Source: a virus
Lineage: Duplodnaviria > Caudoviricetes
DNA length: 41,946 bases
Reading direction: 5' to 3' (one strand)
IMG/VR virus record: IMGVR_UViG_3300012952_003760
Span: 1 to 41,946 of that record
In this document: positions 15,924 to 26,092 of the stretch, one piece after another
Layout of the letters: the number at the start of each line of letters is the position of its first letter
Numbering within the stretch: position 1 is the stretch's first letter
Position numbers and translations under genes: made by a program
Notes under the pieces: generated by a model
The model's database searches: none
The model's input: the letters and a program-made list of their open reading frames with translations, nothing else
What the model was told of the DNA's origin: nothing

Positions 15924-17258
15924 ATGGCTAAAAAGAACTACGTGCTCGATACCAGTGTTTATTTAACAGACGCTGATGCTATTTATAAGTTTGATAATCA
16001 CGACATCTTCATTCCGTTAAAAGTGCTGGAAGAAATTGACAAGCACAAAAAACGACAAGATATGGTGGGCATCAATGCTCGTCGTATTATTAGAACCTTA
16101 GATGAGTTACGCCAGAAGGGTTCTTTAGAAAAGGGCATTCGAATTGATAAGGGAAAGGGGATCCTTAAAGTATTGTCTTATGACGCGCTAAAAGATTCTG
16201 TATTTCCCGCTGATTTAGATCTAAGAATACCCGATCATGTGATTATCGCGACTGCAACTGCCTGTCGCGAACAAAGTAATGGCCGCAAAACAATTGTAAT
16301 TTCTCGTGATATTAACATGAGAGTAATTTGTGATTCCATAGGTCTAGCTGCGGAAGACTATGTTACCGAAAAAGCTGTACCCACCTTTGAAGAGCTTTAC
16401 ACAGGATTTGTAGAATATCTGGTAGACGATGCAGTCGTAGATCGTTTTTATGATGGTGAAGAAGTGCGATTGGATGATGAAGAAAAAGAAGTTTTATGGC
16501 ATCCAAATCAATATGTGATGATGGTAAGCAATGCTAATCCTAAAAAAACTGCCTTAGCGCGCTTTGAAGCCTCTCACTTACCCTTAAAAAAAGTTATCCA
16601 TAGTAAGATTCCGGATTGGAAAATTAACGCAAGGAACAAGGAACAGTCGTTTGCAATCGATTTGCTATTAGACCCCAAAGTAAAGATTGTAACTTTAGTA
16701 GGTCGAGCCGGTTCTGGAAAGACTCTCTGTGCAATTGCGGCAGGATTGCAGCAAACTATTGGCGTACAGAGTGAACAAAATTTATATTCTCGGTTAATCG
16801 TGTCACGACCAGTGCAGCCGTTAGGTAAAGATATCGGCTTCTTGCCAGGTACAATGGAAGAAAAAATGCTACCATGGCTTATGCCAATTCAAGATAACTT
16901 AAAGTTTTTAATGGGAGATCGGACTTCACTTGAAATGTATATGGAAAAAGGAAAGATTGAAATTGAAGCGCTCACCTACATTCGCGGCCGCTCTATAGCT
17001 AACGCTTTCATTGTTATCGATGAGGCGCAAAATCTTACTATGCATGAAGTAAAAACAATTATTACTAGAATTGGCGAGGGCACTAAAATTGTTCTAACAG
17101 GCGATGTTGAACAAATTGATAACATCTATGTTAATGAGACTTCAAACGGTTTAGCTCATGCAGTCGAAAAATTTAAAGAATACCCCATTGCGGGTCATGT
17201 CACATTTAAGAAGGGAGAGCGCTCCGAAGTCGCGACTCTTGCTTCAAAAGTTTTATAA
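15924..17258 (+). CDS. phoH: PIN-PhoH family ATPase/RNase (YlaK/PhoH2-like)
   Basis: PIN motifs YVLDTSV, VLEEIDKHK and SRDINMR. PhoH motifs GRAGSGKT, IGFLPG, YIRGRS, DEAQN and GDVEQID. Confidence 0.95.
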   Translation: MAKKNYVLDTSVYLTDADAIYKFDNHDIFIPLKVLEEIDKHKKRQDMVGINARRIIRTLDELRQKGSLEKGIRIDKGKGILKVLSYDALKDSVFPADLDLRIPDHVIIATATACREQSNGRKTIVISRDINMRVICDSIGLAAEDYVTEKAVPTFEELYTGFVEYLVDDAVVDRFYDGEEVRLDDEEKEVLWHPNQYVMMVSNANPKKTALARFEASHLPLKKVIHSKIPDWKINARNKEQSFAIDLLLDPKVKIVTLVGRAGSGKTLCAIAAGLQQTIGVQSEQNLYSRLIVSRPVQPLGKDIGFLPGTMEEKMLPWLMPIQDNLKFLMGDRTSLEMYMEKGKIEIEALTYIRGRSIANAFIVIDEAQNLTMHEVKTIITRIGEGTKIVLTGDVEQIDNIYVNETSNGLAHAVEKFKEYPIAGHVTFKKGERSEVATLASKVL

Positions 17259-17305
17259 TAAACAAACATTCATTTTAATGATATATTAGTAAAGGAAGGT
17301 TAAAA

Positions 17306-17608
17306 ATGTCTGAAACTGAAAACACAAACAACGTTCTCACTGAGCAGGAGATTCACACAAGCCCGCTCTTAGCAATGCCAGTAGAACCTGATGGCGAGCT
17401 TAAAACATATTTAGTAGAATACGTGGGTACAAAACTAGATAATGAAGAAGTCACAGTTCATATGATTACTGAAGTATTGGCAACTGAATTCCCAGAGTTC
17501 GTGTTCGCCATGGCCGAGGAAAACTTTTTAAGAGGATATAAACAAGGCTTAGATGATGCTACACTACTTGAAACACCAACAGAACAAACTAATGTCGGAA
17601 GCGAATGA
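17306..17608 (+). CDS. hypothetical protein
   Basis: AAGGAAGG SD, 100 aa. Confidence 0.75.
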   Translation: MSETENTNNVLTEQEIHTSPLLAMPVEPDGELKTYLVEYVGTKLDNEEVTVHMITEVLATEFPEFVFAMAEENFLRGYKQGLDDATLLETPTEQTNVGSE

Positions 17609-18251
17609 CTTTTACACGTCTCGCGGAACGCATGTTTATATCAAAGATGCTTTAATTAACGACACAATTAATTTAGAGCAAGTTGTCGCCAATCTAGAGA
17701 GCGCGATTCCTGAACATCTTCTTAGCGAATTAGAAATGATTATAGTTGGGTGGTTTGATGAATTTGAGGAAAGAGGTATTAACGCCTTCTATAAAGATGG
17801 CATCTTACATGTTTCCAATATTCAAGATGATGAGGCAGATCTCTATGATGATCTGGTGCATGAAACCTCTCATTCAATCGAATCGGTCTATGGGTACGAT
17901 ATATATGGAGATCATAAAGTTAAAAATGAGTTTTTGCAAAAAAGAGAGTATCTTTATAATATACTAGAATCTATGGGATATAATATTCCTAAAAAGTATT
18001 TTCTGAATGCCGAATATGATAAAAAATTTGATAACATTCTTTTGAATGATATTGGTTATGACAAACTGCAAACAATATGCCAAGGATTATTTGTTAACCC
18101 ATACGGCGCCACTAGTTTGCGGGAATATTTTGCAACTGCATTTACTGACTTTTATTTACATCCGGATCATTCTTATTTAAAACGAGTAAGTCCAGAGCTT
18201 TATAAAAAATTATTACTCCTTCATAATCCAAAAAAACTTGACAACCAGTAA
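17592..18251 (+). CDS. HExxH zinc-metallopeptidase-like protein
   Basis: LVHETSHSIE with a downstream REYFA. Start at 17553 or 17592. Confidence 0.7.
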   Translation: MSEANDFYTSRGTHVYIKDALINDTINLEQVVANLESAIPEHLLSELEMIIVGWFDEFEERGINAFYKDGILHVSNIQDDEADLYDDLVHETSHSIESVYGYDIYGDHKVKNEFLQKREYLYNILESMGYNIPKKYFLNAEYDKKFDNILLNDIGYDKLQTICQGLFVNPYGATSLREYFATAFTDFYLHPDHSYLKRVSPELYKKLLLLHNPKKLDNQ

Positions 18252-18266
18252 ATAAGCGATTATAAT
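18238..18266 (+). promoter_or_regulatory. sigma70-type (early) promoter
   Basis: Perfect TTGACA-17 nt-TATAAT with an upstream A-tract. Confidence 0.8.
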
Positions 18267-18286
18267 ATAAATTACTGGAGGATATT

Positions 18287-19060
18287 TTGCCACATATTTC
18301 ATATTCTGAACTAAAAGATTGGGTTCATTGCGCTTTCTATCACAAACTGACCCGCGTGGATAAGATCGATGGATTTAAAGGAAACGCTTATACTGCTTTT
18401 GGGACAGCTATTCACTCGGTTTGTGAAAAAAAACTATTAAAAGAGGACATCAACGATGAAGAGTTTTTTGTTAGTAGTTTCGCTGATTGCATTGCTGCAT
18501 TGGACGACGATGTGGATGTGGATGATAGACTCGTTTCTGACATGGTGGGACAAGGTAAGAAAATCCTCCCCGAAATCGAAGACGCCCTCCGAGAATACTT
18601 CGGAGAATTCGAAGTCTTAGCAGTGGAGTGGCCGCTGATGGAAACCATCGACGGCGAAGAAGAATATAAATTCAAAGGATATATCGATGCCATTGTCTCT
18701 ACACCGGATGGAAAAGTTCATATATTTGATTGGAAAACATGTTCTTGGGGTTGGGATAGAAAAAAGCGAAGCGATAAGATGATTACTTATCAACTAACTC
18801 TGTATAAACATTTTTTTGCAAAAGCCGCTGATATCGATCCTAAAAATATTGAAACCCACTTTGCGCTTCTTAAGAGAACAGCGAAAAACAACAGAGTTGA
18901 GTTTTTTAGAGTCACCAGTGGCGAAAGAAAAACCAAAAACGCATTAAAAACTTTAAATATGGCACTTTACAATATTAAGAAAAAGCGCTATATTAAAAAT
19001 CGATTGTCCTGCACTGCGGGCTACGGTTGTAAATTTTATAGGACAGAACATTGTCCGTGA
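18287..19060 (+). CDS. PD-(D/E)XK nuclease, Cas4/RecB-like
   Basis: HISYS, FGTAIH, KGYIDAI, IFDWKT, YQLTLY; one N-terminal Cys and three C-terminal Cys. TTG start with GGAGG SD. Confidence 0.88.
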   Translation: MPHISYSELKDWVHCAFYHKLTRVDKIDGFKGNAYTAFGTAIHSVCEKKLLKEDINDEEFFVSSFADCIAALDDDVDVDDRLVSDMVGQGKKILPEIEDALREYFGEFEVLAVEWPLMETIDGEEEYKFKGYIDAIVSTPDGKVHIFDWKTCSWGWDRKKRSDKMITYQLTLYKHFFAKAADIDPKNIETHFALLKRTAKNNRVEFFRVTSGERKTKNALKTLNMALYNIKKKRYIKNRLSCTAGYGCKFYRTEHCP

Positions 19061-19067
19061 GGAATAA

Positions 19068-20354
19068 ATGAAAAAAAAGAAAATTTTAACTATATCTGAT
19101 CACCCTCTTTCTCCTTCGGGAGTGGGTACTCAAACTCGATATTTTATCGAGTCGCTTTTAAAGACAGGCCGCTATCAAGTGGTGAGTCTAGGCGGCGCTA
19201 TGAAACACAAAGATTACACGCCTAAAAAAGTTGAACCGTTCCAAGACGACTGGGTAATTTATCCCGTAGATGGCTACGGTAACGCTGAGATTGTTCGATC
19301 TATTCTTCAAAAAGAGCGTCCGGATGTATTGTGGTTCATGACTGATCCACGATTCTACGGTTGGTTATGGGAGATTGAAAATGAGATTCGAAATAAGGTG
19401 CCCATGGTTTATTATCATGTTTGGGATAACTTTCCGGGCCCCACCTTTAATGGTATTTTCTACCGCTCCACCGATGAAGTCGTATGTATATCTAAGGTAA
19501 CACAGCAGATCTTAAAAGAAGTTTCGCCAGAAGTTTCCTCGCGCTATTTGCCACATGCAGTTAATGATCAATGGTTTCATAAATTTAAGACAAAGGAAAA
19601 GATAGAAAGCGCCCAACAATTACGTACTAATATCATAAACTCTAGCCCCACATATCGAGACCCTGCGAAAAAGATATTTTTTTGGAATAACAGAAACGCA
19701 CGCAGAAAACAGAGCGGTACACTTATCTGGTGGTTTTCTCAGTTTTTAGATAAGGTAGGGCATGATAAAGCCTGTTTGTTGATGCATACGGATCCCCGAG
19801 ATCCTCATGGGCAAGATCTTCCTCATATCATCAATCATTTAGGTGTGAATCAAGGTCAGGTCCTTTTGTCTACCAATAAGGTGGATCCTGAACATCTTGC
19901 TACGATGTATAATGTTGCTGATTATACTATCAATATTTCTGATGCTGAGGGATTTGGATTAGCAACGTTGGAAAGCTTAGCATGCGGCACTCCAATCATA
20001 GTCAATATGACCGGAGGGCTTCAAGAACAGGTAACTGATGGTGATGGTAATTGGTTTGGATGGGGCATTCAACCGTCTTCAAAATCAGTTATTGGATCCT
20101 TGCAGGTTCCCTATATTTATGAAGACAGAATCGCACAAGAAGATTTTACTAATACACTTATCAAAGCATTGAACTTGAGCAAATCAAAATATAAGAAAAT
20201 GAGCATACAAGGGATGAATCATGTGAGAGAGAATTATAATTTTAAAAACTTTGAAAAACAATGGATAGAAACAATGGATGAAATTATAGAAAAACATGGT
20301 TCGTGGGAAACACGAACGGGTTATAGAAGATGGCATTTAATGGAGGTAGCATGA
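19068..20354 (+). CDS. glycosyltransferase family 4 (GT-B)
   Basis: NRNARRK, ISDAEGFGLATLESLACGTPII. Confidence 0.9.
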   Translation: MKKKKILTISDHPLSPSGVGTQTRYFIESLLKTGRYQVVSLGGAMKHKDYTPKKVEPFQDDWVIYPVDGYGNAEIVRSILQKERPDVLWFMTDPRFYGWLWEIENEIRNKVPMVYYHVWDNFPGPTFNGIFYRSTDEVVCISKVTQQILKEVSPEVSSRYLPHAVNDQWFHKFKTKEKIESAQQLRTNIINSSPTYRDPAKKIFFWNNRNARRKQSGTLIWWFSQFLDKVGHDKACLLMHTDPRDPHGQDLPHIINHLGVNQGQVLLSTNKVDPEHLATMYNVADYTINISDAEGFGLATLESLACGTPIIVNMTGGLQEQVTDGDGNWFGWGIQPSSKSVIGSLQVPYIYEDRIAQEDFTNTLIKALNLSKSKYKKMSIQGMNHVRENYNFKNFEKQWIETMDEIIEKHGSWETRTGYRRWHLMEVA

Positions 20355-21607
20355 AGAAAAAACTGTTATTTAAAGGACCTCTTCTAACGCGTTCGGGATA
20401 TGGCGAACAAGCTCGATTCGCATTGAGAGCTTTGGCTTCGCGACAAGATATTTTTGATATTTATATACAACCAATTCAATGGGGGCAGACCTCGTGGATT
20501 TCGGAAGACGATGAAGAGCGTCGTTGGATTGATCGCACCATTGAAAAGACCATTGGAAGAATCCAACAAGGCGGAACGTTTGATGTTACTTATCAAGTAA
20601 CAATCCCTAACGAATGGGAGAAAGCCGCACCGGTAAATATTGGATTTACAGCTGGGATGGAAACTACTAAGGTCCATCACCATTGGATTCAAAAAGGTAA
20701 CGAGATGGATAAAATTATCGTAGTATCGACGCATGCGAAGAATACCTACCAAAATACTACATATCAAGCAGTTAATCAAGACACCAGCGAAACCTTGAAG
20801 CTTGAATTAACAACTCCAATCGATGTCGTAAATTATCCAGTAAAGTCTTTTACAGATCCTGAGCCTGTAGATTTAAATTTAGACTATGATTTTAATTTTC
20901 TCGTAATGGCTCAAATGAGTCCTAGGAAAAATATTCCCAACACCATTCGTTGGTTCGTTGAAGAATTTCATGATGAAGAGATAGGACTCGTTTTAAAGCT
21001 TAATATCGCTAAAAATTCAACTATGGATCGTGAGAACACGTTCCATCAATTAAAGTCTATTCTTAATAATTGGCCAGATCGTAAATGTAAAGTTTATTTG
21101 ATGCATGGTGATTTAACTGACAACGAGGTCCATTCATTGATTAATCATGAAAAGATTAGCGCCTTATTAACCCTTGCACACGGCGAAGGGTTTGGGTTAC
21201 CAATCTATGAAGCGGCATATAGTGGTGTACCTGTAGTTTCAACGGGGTGGTCAGGTCAGTTAGATTTCTTGATCGACAAAGAGGAAGGAAAACTAAACTT
21301 CTACAATGTAGAATATGATATTCAGCCGATCCCCGAACAAGTTGTGTGGGAAGGCGTAATTGTTAAGGAATCGATGTGGGCATACCCGCGCCAAGCGTCC
21401 GCACGAGAGCAAATGAGAAAATGTTATACAGATTTAACGTCGGGCCCCGACAACCGCGGCACTCAACGTGCTATTGAAAATGCATCTAGATTGCACAATG
21501 TTTTTTCTGAAGAAAACCAATATGAGGCTATGGTGGCGTCGGTATGTGATGCGCTGGGCATCGACCCAACCCAGTCATATGATGAGCCAGTGTTAGAATT
21601 TGAATAA
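20351..21607 (+). CDS. glycosyltransferase family 4 (GT-B)
   Basis: TRSGYG, PRKN, HGEGFGLPIYEAAYSGVPVV. GGAGG SD favours start 20351. Confidence 0.9.
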   Translation: MKKKLLFKGPLLTRSGYGEQARFALRALASRQDIFDIYIQPIQWGQTSWISEDDEERRWIDRTIEKTIGRIQQGGTFDVTYQVTIPNEWEKAAPVNIGFTAGMETTKVHHHWIQKGNEMDKIIVVSTHAKNTYQNTTYQAVNQDTSETLKLELTTPIDVVNYPVKSFTDPEPVDLNLDYDFNFLVMAQMSPRKNIPNTIRWFVEEFHDEEIGLVLKLNIAKNSTMDRENTFHQLKSILNNWPDRKCKVYLMHGDLTDNEVHSLINHEKISALLTLAHGEGFGLPIYEAAYSGVPVVSTGWSGQLDFLIDKEEGKLNFYNVEYDIQPIPEQVVWEGVIVKESMWAYPRQASAREQMRKCYTDLTSGPDNRGTQRAIENASRLHNVFSEENQYEAMVASVCDALGIDPTQSYDEPVLEFE

Positions 21608-23232
21608 TGAGTAAGATAATATTTATATCAGATTTTTTTGTTGACGAAATAATCGGAGGTGCAGAAATATATGATAATATTCTCATTGACATGTTTCAAG
21701 CTGACGGTATTGAAGTAGTAAAGTTTAAGAATTCAGACCTTACTGCTAAACATGTGCAACTTTATCGAGAGTGTGGTAATTTCTTTGTAGTCTCTAATTT
21801 TTGCATGATGAAAGAAGAGGTGATGAAGGAGCTTATAGAACATCCTGGCTCTTATAACATTCTAGAGCACGATCATAAGTATTTGACGACTCGGGATCCG
21901 TCTCAATTCGAAAACTATATAGCTCCGGCCGCAAATGTGGTTCACCGCGAGTTCTACTCTAATGCTAAATATATATTTGCACAATCTCAAGCTCATGCGA
22001 GATGTATTGAGCAAAATTTAAATCTTACTAATGTTATTAATTTGGGCATGAGCCTTTGGACTGACGAACAATTAGCTATTTTAAGCAAAAATATCGATAA
22101 TCCAAAACAAGCAGATGCTTCGGTAGTGAGTAGTCAAAATCCCACGAAAAATACAGAAGGAGCTATCCGCTATTGTAAAGAAAAGTCATTAGAATATACT
22201 TTGATTGGATCAAAAAACTACGAAGAGTTTATTGAACAACTTTCTGGTCACCAATCGCATGTTTTTATTCCTAGGGTATACGAGAGTTTTAATCGCGTGC
22301 TGCTAGAAGCTCGTATGTTGGGGTGTAAGGTATACACTACTCATCTTAACGGGTGTGTTTCAGAACCATGGTTCCGAGAATACAAAGGTGAAGAACTAAT
22401 AGAGTTTGTAAGGTCTGAACGTCCTCGCGTATACAATACGATTAAGAATGCCATTTTAACGGAAAAAAACAATAGGGTTCTTGCACCGGATTCGAATGTA
22501 ACAGTTATTTTAAATGCTTACCGAAGACCATATAATTTAAAAATGCAAATAGAAGCCATTCGCAATCAGTCTGTTAAGCCTAAACAAATTTGGCTTTGGG
22601 TAAACGCTCATGAAGATAATAAAGATTTTGATTTCACAACGTTAGGAATTGATCGTATTATCCACAATGATTATAACTGGAAATTCTACGGAAGGTTCGC
22701 AGCTGCGCTTTTAGCTGATACCGAATATTTAGCACTGTTTGATGATGACACAGTTCCCGGGGATCGTTGGTTAGAAAATTGTCTTCAAACAATGAAAACA
22801 CACGAAGGCATTTTAGGATCCGCCGGCATTATTTTGAAAAGTAAACAATATATGGATCATGATCGCTGCGGATGGCCTACACAAAACAAAGAAACCACCG
22901 AGGTTGATTTGGTAGGACATGCTTGGTTTTTTAAAAGAGAATGGTTGAGGTATTTGTGGCAGGAGAAACCTACTACATGGGACAATGGTGAAGATATCCA
23001 GTTTGCTTTTATGGCAAAGATTCATGGCGGGATACCGACTTACTGCCCACCTCACCCACCTGAAGATCGCAGCCTTCACGGCTCTATTTTAGGTAATGAA
23101 TTGGGCATCGACGATAAAGCTACGTCAACTAATACAAACGTTTCACACGCGCAGTTTTTTGGTGAAAGAGACGTGTGCGTACAAGCCGGCCTTAAAAAAG
23201 GTTGGCAAACTGTTAAAGGAATAAAATTATGA
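21607..23232 (+). CDS. two-domain glycosyltransferase (GT-B-like plus GT2/GT-A)
   Basis: N-terminal GGAE and ESFNRVLLEARMLGC. C-terminal VTVILNAYRR, FDDD and GEDIQF. Confidence 0.85.
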   Translation: MSKIIFISDFFVDEIIGGAEIYDNILIDMFQADGIEVVKFKNSDLTAKHVQLYRECGNFFVVSNFCMMKEEVMKELIEHPGSYNILEHDHKYLTTRDPSQFENYIAPAANVVHREFYSNAKYIFAQSQAHARCIEQNLNLTNVINLGMSLWTDEQLAILSKNIDNPKQADASVVSSQNPTKNTEGAIRYCKEKSLEYTLIGSKNYEEFIEQLSGHQSHVFIPRVYESFNRVLLEARMLGCKVYTTHLNGCVSEPWFREYKGEELIEFVRSERPRVYNTIKNAILTEKNNRVLAPDSNVTVILNAYRRPYNLKMQIEAIRNQSVKPKQIWLWVNAHEDNKDFDFTTLGIDRIIHNDYNWKFYGRFAAALLADTEYLALFDDDTVPGDRWLENCLQTMKTHEGILGSAGIILKSKQYMDHDRCGWPTQNKETTEVDLVGHAWFFKREWLRYLWQEKPTTWDNGEDIQFAFMAKIHGGIPTYCPPHPPEDRSLHGSILGNELGIDDKATSTNTNVSHAQFFGERDVCVQAGLKKGWQTVKGIKL

Positions 23233-24254
23233 TTTTGATTAGTTTCGGCACTCGACCTGAATATATTAAAGTTAAGCCTCTGATTGAGGCTTTTAAAGAT
23301 AGGATTCCCTATAGACTATTATTTACCGGACAACATGAAGATCTATTGACCAATCTAGAAGATAATACACGCAAACTGGTTATCGAAGAAGGAGTTAATC
23401 GACTTGATTCTATCGTGTCATCCGTAATGAACAATGAAGATGTGTTTCAGGATATTAAACAAGTAATTGTACAGGGAGATACGACTTCTGCATTTGCGGT
23501 AGCACTGGCGGCATTCCACCGAAAGTTAAAAGTGGTGCACCTAGAAGCCGGATTACGTACTTTTAATAAAAATCATCCTTACCCAGAAGAATTCAATCGA
23601 AGAGCTATTTCTTGTTTAGCGGATATTCATCTGGCACCTACCGCCACATGTGCTTCTTATTTAGAAAGCGAGCGCGTTGACGGAAAGATTTTTACTGTTG
23701 GCAACACTGTATTAGATAATTTGATCGACATTAAGCCGTATTATAGCAACAAAATCGTTATTACTATGCACCGTCGCGAAAATCACAAAATGATTCCAGA
23801 ATGGTTTAAGATGTTTGATAAATTGGCATTAGAAAATCCAGAGTTTGAGTTTATTTTGCCTATTCATCCAAATCCAAATGTTAGAAAACATCGCGAATTG
23901 CTTAAGTATGTCACTGTTGTGGATCCGTTAGGATATTCTGATTTCTTAGAATTACTATCATCCGCGTATATGGTTATCACCGACAGTGGGGGTTTACAAG
24001 AAGAATCGTCTTTCTTTAAAAAGAAATGTTTAGTTTGCCGTGAAAAAACTGAACGTATTGAGGGAATGGGAGAGTTCTCTTTTATGTGTGGATTAGACGA
24101 TATTGAAAAGCTATTTTACATGATTAAAGATAACCACATCCCTCATGAAGAATGTCCTTATGGAGATGGGCAAACTGCACAAAGAGTAACTGATATTTTA
24201 GTTAAAGAATTTAATTATGAAAAGAATCGAATTTCGTGGGCCATGTGGACATGA
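23229..24254 (+). CDS. wecB: UDP-N-acetylglucosamine 2-epimerase (non-hydrolysing)
   Basis: FGTRPEYIK, TGQH, QGDTTS, HLEAGLR, PYPEE, HRREN, TDSGGLQEE, PYGDG. Confidence 0.95.
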   Translation: MILISFGTRPEYIKVKPLIEAFKDRIPYRLLFTGQHEDLLTNLEDNTRKLVIEEGVNRLDSIVSSVMNNEDVFQDIKQVIVQGDTTSAFAVALAAFHRKLKVVHLEAGLRTFNKNHPYPEEFNRRAISCLADIHLAPTATCASYLESERVDGKIFTVGNTVLDNLIDIKPYYSNKIVITMHRRENHKMIPEWFKMFDKLALENPEFEFILPIHPNPNVRKHRELLKYVTVVDPLGYSDFLELLSSAYMVITDSGGLQEESSFFKKKCLVCREKTERIEGMGEFSFMCGLDDIEKLFYMIKDNHIPHEECPYGDGQTAQRVTDILVKEFNYEKNRISWAMWT

Positions 24255-25048
24255 AACAATTTGATCAAGAGTTTGACAAGATTCTGAGCATGCTGCAAAA
24301 AGGCGAAAATTTCGCATTCAGCCGATTTTCAGACGGCGAACTTTTTATCATGCAGAATAAAACAGTAATCTTGGCGGATAACCACTACGTGACAGGAGAT
24401 ATTAAAGGTCCGAATGTATACACCGAAGAAGAACAAAAAGAGTTCTTACCTGAACGGGATGGGTTTTATCGTGACAAATTGCTGGAATGTTATAAGCACA
24501 TTCAGCCAAATTATTTTAAAGGCATCTGTACGGGAACTGATGCGCATGTAGGAGATAAGAATTTTGATTATCAAATTAAACTACATGGCGGTGATCACGA
24601 GACTCTCACTTTCTCTAATCTCCTTATCAATGCAAATTATAAACGATTTGTAGAAGAAATCGTACCGCTCTTATCAAAAAGAAAAGTTATTTATGTAGTC
24701 AATAAATTGGCCGATATCAGTAGACTCCCGTTTAAGATTGAAAAAGCCTTCAGAATTGGTTCGAATTGCATGATTAATGATTATAATGTGGTAGAGGAAA
24801 TTAAATCATTTATTAGCTTGCATAACATTCAAGATCATGTTATTCTATGTTCAGCAGCTTCATTGAGCAATTTCATTATTTATGAAAATTTCAAGGAAAA
24901 TTCTAATAATACGTTTTTAGATATCGGAAGTTGTCTTAACCCTCTGCTAACTCTAGAGGGCTGGAAATATACGCGCGGCTATTTAACCCACTATTGGTTA
25001 AATCATAACAATCATTATGGAAATCAGGTAGATCAATGGATGTTGTGA
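24251..25048 (+). CDS. GT-D-fold (DUF1792-like) glycosyltransferase-like protein
   Basis: FSRFSDGE and LDIGS motifs; ATGA overlap with wecB. Confidence 0.65.
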   Translation: MKQFDQEFDKILSMLQKGENFAFSRFSDGELFIMQNKTVILADNHYVTGDIKGPNVYTEEEQKEFLPERDGFYRDKLLECYKHIQPNYFKGICTGTDAHVGDKNFDYQIKLHGGDHETLTFSNLLINANYKRFVEEIVPLLSKRKVIYVVNKLADISRLPFKIEKAFRIGSNCMINDYNVVEEIKSFISLHNIQDHVILCSAASLSNFIIYENFKENSNNTFLDIGSCLNPLLTLEGWKYTRGYLTHYWLNHNNHYGNQVDQWML

Positions 25049-25096
25049 AGAGTGTGGGTTATTTGAGCCGGCTTGAGTACCCAAACTGGGAAGTTT

Positions 25097-25480
25097 ATGA
25101 TCAATTTCATTAAAAATGATCCTCAATACTGGGAATTTATTCGGACTCTCCGAAATATGGAAGGGGTTAAGCAAGGTTTTGTTCAACAACAAGAGATTGG
25201 AAAACTCCACCACGCGCGCTATATGTTACAATATAATGATTGTTACTATATTTGTCTAGTGGAAGGGCAACCCGCGGGCTATGTGGGAGTTATAGATGAC
25301 GATATCCGTGTGGCTACTCACCCAGATTATCAAGGACAGGGCGTAGGAGCCTTTATGATTAACGAGCTGATGAAGAAACACCCCACGGCGTACGCAAAGG
25401 TTAAACTAGATAATGAAGCTAGTATTAAATTGTTTGAGAGATGTGGTTTTAAAAAGAAATATTATTTGTTGGAGAAGTGA
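25097..25480 (+). CDS. GNAT family N-acetyltransferase
   Basis: THPDYQGQGVG, NEASIKLFERCGF. Confidence 0.9.
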   Translation: MINFIKNDPQYWEFIRTLRNMEGVKQGFVQQQEIGKLHHARYMLQYNDCYYICLVEGQPAGYVGVIDDDIRVATHPDYQGQGVGAFMINELMKKHPTAYAKVKLDNEASIKLFERCGFKKKYYLLEK

Positions 25481-26089
25481 ATGTTACATAATCCCTATAA
25501 AATTGTAAAGATGTTTGAAGAAGAAATAGCTCATTATACCGGCGCGCCCTATGCAGTCTCGGTTAATAGTTGTACGAACGCACTCTTTTTGTGCTGTAAA
25601 TATTTGCAAGTGGAAGAGGTCACCATCCCTTCACGCACATACCTATCAGTACCGCAGTCTATTCTACAGGCCGGCGGAAAATTAAAATTTAATGAAACCC
25701 TTAAGTGGGAGGGAATATATCAACTTTCTCCTTATCCTATTTATGACGCCGCCAAACGCTTAACGTCTGCTATGTATATTCCCGGAAGTTATATGTGTCT
25801 TTCTTTTCACATTAAGAAACATCTCAAAATTGGAAAAGGTGGCATGATCTTAACAGATAACAAAGAAGCTGTCGAATGGTTCCGTCGGGCCCGTTATGAA
25901 GGCCGCGGCGAAGTAAAATACCATGAAGACAATATTGACAGTGAGGGGTGGAATATGTACATGACCCCCGAACAAGCAACAAGAGGACTAATGCTCATGC
26001 AGAATTATCCTCAAGATGTTGCCGATATCCCTGAAGATCCTCCTTATCGAGATTTACGGGACTTTCCTTTATTTAGCGAGATTGGTTAA
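25481..26089 (+). CDS. short DegT/DnrJ/EryC1/StrS PLP-dependent sugar aminotransferase
   Basis: FEEEIA.YTGA.YAVSVNSCTNAL, YDAA, SFHIKKHL..GKGGMI, GWNMYM. Only 202 aa. Confidence 0.85.
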   Translation: MLHNPYKIVKMFEEEIAHYTGAPYAVSVNSCTNALFLCCKYLQVEEVTIPSRTYLSVPQSILQAGGKLKFNETLKWEGIYQLSPYPIYDAAKRLTSAMYIPGSYMCLSFHIKKHLKIGKGGMILTDNKEAVEWFRRARYEGRGEVKYHEDNIDSEGWNMYMTPEQATRGLMLMQNYPQDVADIPEDPPYRDLRDFPLFSEIG

Positions 26090-26092
26090 GAG

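Noticed and set aside
25036-25113. Mini-ORF or Cys-rich TGA-recoded peptide (GCCEECGLFEPA-TGA-VPKLGSL) in the gap before the GNAT gene
   Set aside because: That frame has no start codon after the upstream TAG and no SECIS-like hairpin is evident. The alternative 25-aa ORF has no support.
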